This document shows positions 12,454 to 20,487 of a stretch of DNA of 20,487 nt, one piece after another (position 1 is the first letter of the stretch; each line of letters starts with the position of its first letter). Made by a program: the position numbers and the translations under genes. Location of the stretch: positions 1-20,487 of the forward strand of contig CAVNZM010000065.1 of the NCBI GenBank assembly GCA_963693365.1, read 5' to 3'. This stretch comes from Amoebidium appalachense. Taxonomy: Eukaryota > Protista > Ichthyosporea. The notes below the pieces were generated by a model. It did no database searches, had not been told where the DNA came from, and saw nothing but the letters and a program-made list of their open reading frames with translations.

Positions 12454-12865
12454 ATAAACCCTATACCAAATATACCCACTAACAATAAAAATGCTTCCCA
12501 AATAGTACATCAAGGTCTACGAGCAGTTCCAGAAGCGGAGAGATGCCGCTGACGCCAAGGCCGCTGCCGCCCGCGCCGTCGACGAATCCGACGCCAGCGC
12601 CGCCCCCAAGACCATTCCCGCCGAGCATGACGGCGCCATGAGCGTGGATGACGTTGACGAGCAGTTGAACGCGAGCGATAACAGTGAAGGCGAGAGCAAG
12701 AAGGGAGGCCAAGACAGCAGCGAGCATGAGAACAGCGATCATGAGGGCAGCCGCGAGGGCGATGAGGGCGAGGGCGAGGGCGAGGGCGAGGACGAGAGAG
12801 AGGGCCGCAAGCGCAAGAACAGCTTGGAGGGCGACGAAGACCTCGACAAGAAGAGGGCAAAATAG
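7807..12865 (+). CDS. Multi-exon gene (~900 aa if fully spliced): KDM4-like JmjN/JmjC demethylase plus unknown helical C-terminal region and acidic/basic tail
   Basis: Predicted exons 7807..~8083, 8164..9152, 9445..9812, 10312..10641, 11171..11380, 11880..12050, 12506..12865. Phases are consistent from exon 2 onward (1,0,0,0,0), and intron 4 needs a GC donor (GAT|GCAAGT). The exon1/exon2 junction is unresolved because of a phase mismatch. AATAAA at 13105. Confidence 0.72.
8164..9152 (+). CDS. JmjN+JmjC catalytic exon, KDM4/JMJD2-like Fe(II)/2-oxoglutarate histone lysine demethylase
   Basis: JmjN-like IVRCRPS..AEAHGEGCCLI; VYAADV; PGLNVAMLY; FGAHIED (HxE at 8744-8752); LKIW (2-OG Lys); CANPLQHK and CDC (the KDM4 Cys-His-Cys-Cys Zn site); QRAGDLVQTTPGALHYGFQLGPNVALAVNTATFRWID (distal His at 8999-9001). 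The order is colinear with KDM4 FAWHTED..PKSW..CEAFLRHK..[36 protein letters not shown]..CxC. Confidence 0.9.
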
Positions 12866-13119
12866 CTCCCCCCCCCCCCCCCCCCCCCCCACCACCACCA
12901 CCACCACCACCACCACCACCACCACCACACACACACACACACACACACACAAAAGAGTGACTTTTCTTTTTTTTTTCTTTTTTTCTTTTTTTTTGTGTGT
13001 GTGTGTGCGAAGAGAAAAAGTAACAGAGCTTTTTAGTATTTTTATTATTATTATTATTATTTTGTGTGTGTCTGTGTATTTATTTTGTGTGTTTTCGTAG
13101 TTCGAATAAATTGTGTGAA

Positions 13120-13210
13120 GACATGTCCCAAGACATGTCCCGAGGACATGTCTTTAAAAATATTTGTCTTAGTATTTGTCTTAGAAAATATTTGTCTTAG
13201 AAAATATTTG
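13120..13210. repeat. Short repeat cluster after the JmjC gene poly(A) signal: GACATGTC x3 and TATTTGTCTTAG x3
   Basis: Palindromic GACATGTC at 13120, 13132 and 13145, then three TATTTGTCTTAG copies between ~13161 and 13200. Confidence 0.8.
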
Positions 13211-13394
13211 AAGTGACAGACACGCCCCAGTGGGACATAACCCTACGTAAAAGATAATAGATGAGTTATAGTTGACACGTTCCAGTGGGACGTGTCTGCA
13301 GAAAATGGATCTGTAATCAGCGGCTCGACGACATATGACCACGTGACAGGCAGGTTCGAAAGGGGTGAGGGGCGGGGGGGGGGGGGGGGCCGGT

Positions 13395-13429
<35 letters not shown>

Positions 13430-14468
13430 AAACGACATCAAACTGTGATCGGAAACGACGTCTGGATGATATCAAAATGGCTCAATCATATATATCAAGA
13501 CATGACATAATGATATGAAAAGGATAATATAACTATATTGCGAAAATCATTCTTAATAAATCTTAATTATACCTTAAATTTATCGTTTTGATATATGTTC
13601 TGTATGTCAAAAAGATGTGACAGAGTTATCTTAACGATATGCTACTAATATCATAAGGAATGGTTAGCTGATAAACTACTATATGTTTTAAAGATATGTA
13701 ACAGATACTAGAAAGATGTCGTGTATAGGACATACAGCCAGAACTTCTCATATCTTTAAAGGCTCCTAAAACTATCAAAACGATATTATTACGAAATTTC
13801 TTTTGACCCATCCTAGTTATCTTTATGTTATGAGGCTTATATCGTTATGACATTTAACGTATGATCTTTAGATAATGTTTTCGGCATCCTATACCTATCC
13901 GTTGTATATGAAAAGGACATCTGTAAGAGTATCTTATAGATGTATTACCATATACGAATCCTCCTATAATGACCTCGAAATGATATCATATAGATATATA
14001 TGTATCTTATGATCGATTATCATATATATCGTAAGGATATGTGATAGCTACCATAAGGATATGGTGAAGGGCTCCTAATCCGCTCTTAGAGATATCTTTA
14101 TTATGTCTAAAACGCTTCTGAACATCAGACTAAAAACATTTTATGATATCAAATAGACTATCATAATGGTATCATACGGATATAACGAGGTTGTTGAATA
14201 CATGGAACACAGGATAGAACAACGATGGGTTCAGGGTGCTCCGTATGAGCCCATTATGAGATCATTTAGATATCAAGCAAAAGATACCAAAATGATATCC
14301 AGAAATTCCATGATAGCAAAACGATGCTGTTATGTTATCTAAAAGACAAGAGGGGGATAAAGAGTGGCAAAAAGATGGGTTTATGGGTTTATGATATCTT
14401 TAATGGGGTTTTAATGGGTTTCGGATGCCGGATGAAGTTTGCTGATGACCGTAGTTTTTCCACGACCA

Positions 14469-14537
14469 CTATGGTGCCCGGATCCACCATTTAGTAGCCT
14501 AAGGGGTGTCGATAAAGTGTCGGTGGAAGCTTCAAAA

Positions 14538-14594
<57 letters not shown>

Positions 14595-15461
14595 AAGCCT
14601 TGTGTGTGTGTGTGTGTGGAAGCCTTGTGTGTGTGTGTGTGTGTGTGTGTGGAAGCCTTGTGTGTGTGTGTGGGGGGGGGGGGGGGCTCCTACCGCTTCT
14701 GTGCCTGGTACATCACGGGCGTTTGCGATTTTGGCCTGATCGAGACGGTCGCGTATCTCATCGATGTCCCTGAAGCCGAGAAGCGCACAGATGCTACCAG
14801 CGTCGAGGTAGGAGAGCTGCTCTTTGCTAGCTGCAAAAGGGAGCGTGCAGCTGATGAACGGTACAAGGCACAACGGGCTAAGTCTGTCGAGCGCCTCGCC
14901 CAACATCTGTGAAACAGGCAGGGGTGCAAGATGGCGCCTCCAATCACCAGCAGTGGCGAGGGCTTTGATTTCACCAGGTGGCTTTTTGGTCATTGAGATG
15001 TTAGCGCGCGAGCGCTTCCATTGTCTCGTATCGGAATCCTGGTTCTCGGCAGACCTGAGCCGGCCAAACCATGTTGTTGCTGGCGTGGTTGTGGTGGGTG
15101 GCAGCGTGGGGGCGTGAGAGGAGACCGCTTGCAGATGCAGACGTGCGGGAACAGGACGCGCCGGAGAGGGGGGGATTGTCTCGCCGCAGACCATGTCGAA
15201 GTCGAAGACGTGGTGCTGGCCGTGGCTCTTAGCCGTCGTCGGGGTGGGCGCATGGAGCATGGAGCCGTCACCTAGTTGGTTGTCAAAAGCAGCAAAATCG
15301 TCGGACGTCAGCGGAATGAAGTCGGTACTCTGTATGATGTCCAGGTCGGGTTGTGGGGTGGGTGGAAACGTGAAGGTGCTGAATACGGCCGGCTGGGAGA
15401 CAGGCGCAGCGCCAGGAGCGCCGATGTCCATCGCGGTGTGCAGTGTCTGTGACATGTACAT
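14469..15461 (-). CDS. Hypothetical protein ~265 aa with a Pro/Thr-rich disordered N-terminus and weak BRO-N/MSV199-like C-terminal motif
   Basis: Open frame 15461..14694 ends at the donor GCG|GTAGGA. A poly-C/(CA)n intron follows, then acceptor CCCCTTAG| and a short last exon 14498..14469 (ATKWWIRAP*). Motif [30 protein letters not shown] and several CCAAT/ATTGG boxes lie upstream. Confidence 0.5.
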
Positions 15462-15525
15462 TTTGTATGTGTCACCTGAGTGTCTGTGGTTGTAGAATGA
15501 TGGCAGAGGCCTACGAGATGTTGAC

Positions 15526-15675
15526 TTAAATAGCTGGCTGCGCCACCTGGTGAGCCAATTGAGAACATGTTTTTTTATTGGTTATTGAATGACCAATCGA
15601 AACAACCGGTGATACAATTGGATGCTGCATTTGTTCCTGGAGTGCACGCGATTGGCAGTAACGCTTGATTGGCTT
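15526..15675 (-). promoter_or_regulatory. Putative promoter: TATTTAA plus clustered CCAAT boxes
   Basis: TATTTAA on the minus strand ~65 nt upstream of ATG 15461. CCAAT or ATTGG occurs six times between ~15555 and 15672. Confidence 0.5.
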
Positions 15676-16310
15676 TTTGGTGATCTCAGTATTGGGAGTG
15701 AGTGCAAAAGGACTGAAGCCATTTCGGAGCCCTTGACTGCCTAAATGTTTACAAATATACCATGAACTCTTTGGCGCAGCAATCCATTTTCTCTCTCGCG
15801 ATTTTGCTTGAATTAAATCGTGTTTTACGCATCTACGCATCTATCCCCCCACCAAATAACGGCTTCCAAGAGAACATTTGGAAATCCAGGTTAGGCCAAT
15901 CAAATTCTACCGAAAACCGATTGGATGAAGTCTCAGCCCCAAGAGAACAATTTGCATATTGATGAACCCATGATGGAAAGTCTCACGCTTATGCACCCAC
16001 CATGAAAAATACAATTCAAGATTTTTTGCATTTATTGTAATTACAATTGAGAGCTTATGTTGCACAGGTTATTCCCACGTATAGCGCAGAACTACATGAT
16101 GCAGATGGCCCATCATCCCCAGCGCCAACCAACTCTATTTAAGTAAGCGGATGACGTCAAAATGACGTCAACGCATATGATGACATATCTACTCTGATAA
16201 CAAAGAACACCTGCCGGCAGGCGCGCTGGCGCCGCGCTCTAGCGCTGCACAGCCTGACACAATTCCGAGCAAGACACACACACACACAACTCAATTCTAA
16301 TTTATAATAT

Positions 16311-16480
<170 letters not shown>

Positions 16481-16585
16481 CCCCTCGAAAGCTACACTAC
16501 TACGAAGCTACGAAAGCTACGCTACCCACAACTCTAGCGCTATACACTAACACCCCCAATCGACCAGCGCTACACAACTCTCATA

Positions 16586-17603
16586 TCACTCACTATCACT
16601 GTCCGCAATCACCACAACATCAACGGGGCCCTCGGGCTTCTGCAGGCGGGCGACCTTGCGCTTCCGCCCCAGCCGCCCGCGCTGCACATACACGTCCAGC
16701 TGGGTCTGCCCCTTGAGCTGCTCGCCGCGCTCCACCAGCGGCTCGTTGAGGCTGACGGTGCGCCCGAGCTCCAGCGGCTCGATGTCGGGGAACTTGTCCT
16801 GGATGGCCTCCAGCCACGACGCCAGCTCGACGTGCACCTCGTACTCGGCAGCGCCCGTGTCCGCGTTGTTGATGGTCGACTGGCGCAGCACCGGCGCCTT
16901 GCAGTACTCGACGTACCAGCGCGTGTAGTTGTAGACAAAGGTGTACAGCTGCTGCGTGGTCATGTCGGTCGAGTACTTGGGCTCCTCGCCGGTCCACAGC
17001 CGGATGCGCTCCTTCATGGCCTTCTGCAGCCCGGTGGTGGCGATGATGTTGGAAATCTCCCCCGACTGGAACACAAAGCACACGCCCGTGGTGGCCATGA
17101 TCATGCCCGTGTACGTGCTGGCGCAGCGCACGCCTTCGCCGTACAGCGTGTCCACGCACACATACGCGAACGCGCGCGTCAGGCGCTTGAACTTATGGTT
17201 GTCCGTGTACGTGCCGCCGGTTGTGAGAGGCATGCGGGTCGGGAGGGTGAGTGGTTCGAGCTTCACGCGGGCGAGAGCGGCAGCGAGGGTGGCGAGTGCC
17301 TCGGCCTGGGCGGCCTCCGCGGCCTCCTTGGCCAACTCGGCAGCCGTCTTGTCGCCCATGGCCTGGTCGCGCTCGGCGGCAGCAGCGGCCGCGTTTGCTT
17401 CGGCCGCAGCAAGGGTGGCGCGCAGGGCAGAAACGGCCTCGTCCTTGCGGTTGGCAGCCAGACGGGCAAAGGCCTCGGCAACATCAAAGGCCCACAGACG
17501 CACAGTGTGGCCCAACAGAGTGTTGGTAGAAGATGACGCCATGCGAAACCCTTTGGGCGTCATGTGGTGGTCCATTGGGGGCTGAACCACCGGACTTGGG
17601 AGT
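16586..17603 (-). CDS. Exon 2 of an MSV199/AntA-like DNA-binding protein with Ala-rich coiled coil, unknown domain and PIP-box/NLS/SIM tail
   Basis: 334-codon GC3-rich ORF preceded by poly-C and the acceptor CCAACACAG| (exon starts 17603). The N-terminal PPMDHHMTPKGFRMASSSTNTLLGHTVRLWAFDVAE resembles the second half of AntA/MSV199-type domains (GRPxxDYxLT...TxxGxxVRxYF). Joining to exon 1 requires a 1-nt correction near 17586. Confidence 0.7.
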
Positions 17604-17651
17604 CTGTGTTGGAGGGGGGGGGGGGGGGGGGGGTTGAGTCATAGAGCTACC

Positions 17652-17760
17652 GTGTCAGCCCGTGTGGCTGTGTCGTCATTATGACGCGTGTCAGCCCTTG
17701 GAGCTGTGACGTCATTATGATACGTCATTGTGAAGTCACCGTTTTTTTTTCTATACAAAG
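17652..17760 (+). promoter_or_regulatory. Putative promoter of the nested nuclease: 36 bp direct repeat with CRE-like TGACGTCA/CGTCA, and TATACAAAG
   Basis: GTGTCAGCCC..GCTGTG(T/A)CGTCATTATGA starts at 17652 and 17688. TATACAAAG at 17752-17760 precedes ATG 17764/17779. Confidence 0.5.
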
Positions 17761-17763
17761 AGT

Positions 17764-18282
17764 ATGGTGAGTATTCAAATGAGCGCGGATACCATAGCGC
17801 GCAAGTATGGGCTCTCAAGAAATAGAATGACTGAGAATATAATACGGACCATAAGACGACTGGGCTGGGCAGAGAATGTAGATTACAGAGTTACAAGAGT
17901 ACGCACAGGCAGCAGGGGCATGCCAGGCAAATCGTTTTTTCTAACTGATCGTGCTTACAGCAAACTGGCTAAAAGGCTCGAACAGACACTCGGAAAGGAG
18001 CAGTCAGAGAGGAAGGTATGTGCAAATCTACAGAAAAGGGAAGGGGGCGTGAAGAGAACAGTGCCTGCTGGAGAAATAGACTTATTGACAGACAGTGATG
18101 TGATCGAAGTGAAACATGTCCGCTCATGGAAACATGCTCTCGGACAGATCCTAGTCTATGGGAAGTACTACCCTGGTCATCGTAAACGCGTCCACTTGTT
18201 TGGTAAAGCACCACTACTCGTTTGTCATAGAGTCTCTCATGGAACACAATGTGGCTGTGACTGTAGAACCAGGATATTATGA
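17764..18282 (+). CDS. Intronless AntA/MSV199-like DNA-binding domain fused to a PD-(D/E)xK restriction-endonuclease-fold domain; C-terminus probably frameshifted
   Basis: N-terminal WAENVDYRV...GSRGMPGKSFFLT. Nuclease segment ERKV..L..REGG..VPAGEIDLLTDSDVIEVKHVRSWKHALGQILVYGKYYP...VHLFG has D, ExK and GQxxxY motifs. This type is familiar from large DNA viruses and cyanobacteria. The A-rich codon usage differs from the flanking exons. Confidence 0.8.
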   Translation: MVSIQMSADTIARKYGLSRNRMTENIIRTIRRLGWAENVDYRVTRVRTGSRGMPGKSFFLTDRAYSKLAKRLEQTLGKEQSERKVCANLQKREGGVKRTVPAGEIDLLTDSDVIEVKHVRSWKHALGQILVYGKYYPGHRKRVHLFGKAPLLVCHRVSHGTQCGCDCRTRIL

Positions 18283-18377
18283 TCCAATGCAGGTATCAAC
18301 TATGTTGACAACCTCGTCTAAAAACAAGCTCGACCTACTAGCAACGGTTGCACTTGCATCAGAGGGGATGTTCATAC

Positions 18378-18680
18378 CTTCATCTCAACAACACTGTAGC
18401 TTCCAGCCGGGACAAAACCAGGCGACCCATTGCGCCCCTTGAACATGGCTCTCACAAACTCGTTGTAGTTGCCGTACCCCAGCAGGCGGAACACGGCGCG
18501 CCCGGAGATGGTCTCGGTGGTGTCCAGCAGGAACGGGTCGAGGAAGCGCAGCACCTTGACCACCACGTCGTCGCCCACGGTGCCCAGCAGGCGCTCGAGC
18601 TCGGGGGAGATGGGAGGGAAGCCGGCCTCTTTGGCACCGGCAATGTTGAGGCGCTCGTAGATGGCATAGGTGGAAGCCAT
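18378..18680 (-). CDS. Exon 1 of the MSV199/AntA-like DNA-binding protein (continues in 16586..17603)
   Basis: ACCATGG start at 18680 with TATATAAA ~90 nt upstream; GC3-rich. ISGRAVFRLLGYGNYNEFVRAMFK..GFVPAGSY is the first half of the domain. The frame ends exactly at a consensus donor AAG|GTATGA. Confidence 0.65.
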
Positions 18681-18770
18681 GGTCGCTGGTGGAAGAGTTG
18701 GGGCTTTGGGTTTGGGGGTTGAGTGCTGTGTGTGTACCGTAAAGGTGCTGGCTGTCCAGCGCTTGCTGTG

Positions 18771-18999
18771 TTTATATAGGGAGGCGTCCGGCGCTTCATT
18801 GGTTGTACGCTTCATTGGTTGTAGGAGGAGAGGAATGGAATCCAGCATTCGATTGGAGAGGATTGCAAGAGAATACTGGTCCCAGATGATTGGGTCGATT
18901 TGTTCGGCTTGTTCGGCGCTACATGCACTTTCTACACATATGCTGCATGCCATTCTCCTCTCCAATCGAATGCTGCATTCCTTCTACACCCAATGAAGC
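18771..18999 (-). promoter_or_regulatory. Promoter with TATA, tandem CCAAT boxes and an inverted repeat
   Basis: TATATAAA on the minus strand at ~18771-18778. CGCTTCATTGGTTGTA x2 at 18792-18823. Perfect 20 bp inverted repeat 18843-18862 / 18956-18975. Confidence 0.6.
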
Positions 19000-19096
19000 A
19001 CCGCTTTACGGTGCTCACACACCTGTCACAACCCCAATGTAACTCCAAAGTGCCAACTTTTCCATTCTAATATATAATAGCGCTATCATCCGTATA

Positions 19097-20487
<1,391 letters not shown>

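Larger units (their letters stand above)
210..14400. mobile_element. Putative Plavaka/CACTA-like DNA transposon carrying the transposase and a divergent JmjC gene; ends not defined
   Basis: Intact transposase with a head-to-head second gene 1.2 kb away. Non-coding DNA from 213 to 14398 shares a recurrent GATATC motif that I did not see beyond 14400. No TIR or TSD identified, so the boundaries are inferred. Confidence 0.5.

Noticed and set aside
12479-13100. Hydrophobic LALALA and ARARAR ORFs
   Set aside because: Antisense and alternate-frame shadows of the acidic last exon (GAGGGC repeats).
16134-16180. TATTTAA plus two TGACGTCA sites suggesting another gene
   Set aside because: No credible ORF on either side; at most an orphan or distal regulatory element.
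16609-17585. Several 90-234 aa ORFs overlapping the MSV199-like exon 2
   Set aside because: Shadow frames caused by high GC3 in the real frame.
18681-18965. N-terminal extension of the 197 aa ORF (MERRMACS...)
   Set aside because: It runs through TATA/CCAAT promoter and inverted-repeat sequence; ATG 18680 has a good context and marks the start of coding-like composition.

Overview
Eukaryotic genomic DNA with spliceosomal introns, poly-C/G runs, (CA)n tracts and a (CCCTAA)n fragment, probably from a unicellular eukaryote (inference). The left 13 kb holds a divergent gene pair. On the minus strand is an apparently intact 9-exon Plavaka-type (CACTA/EnSpm-related) DDE transposase of about 1056 aa (477-6613). 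On the plus strand is a multi-exon gene (7807-12865) whose single ~1 kb exon encodes a KDM4/JMJD2-like JmjN+JmjC histone demethylase with intact Fe, Zn and most 2-OG ligands. This looks like a DNA transposon carrying its own candidate anti-silencing enzyme. The right part holds virus-type DNA-binding genes: a weak BRO-N/MSV199-like gene (14469-15461, -) and a two-exon MSV199/AntA-like gene (16586-18680, -) with a PIP-box/NLS/SIM tail. The predicted intron of the latter contains a whole antisense PD-(D/E)xK endonuclease gene with its own promoter (17764-18282, +). A 3 x ~395 bp palindrome-rich repeat sits in the last transposase intron, and a (GT)n-spaced minisatellite ends the window. No terminal inverted repeats or target-site duplication were found by eye. 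All domain calls come from recognising motifs, not from database searches.
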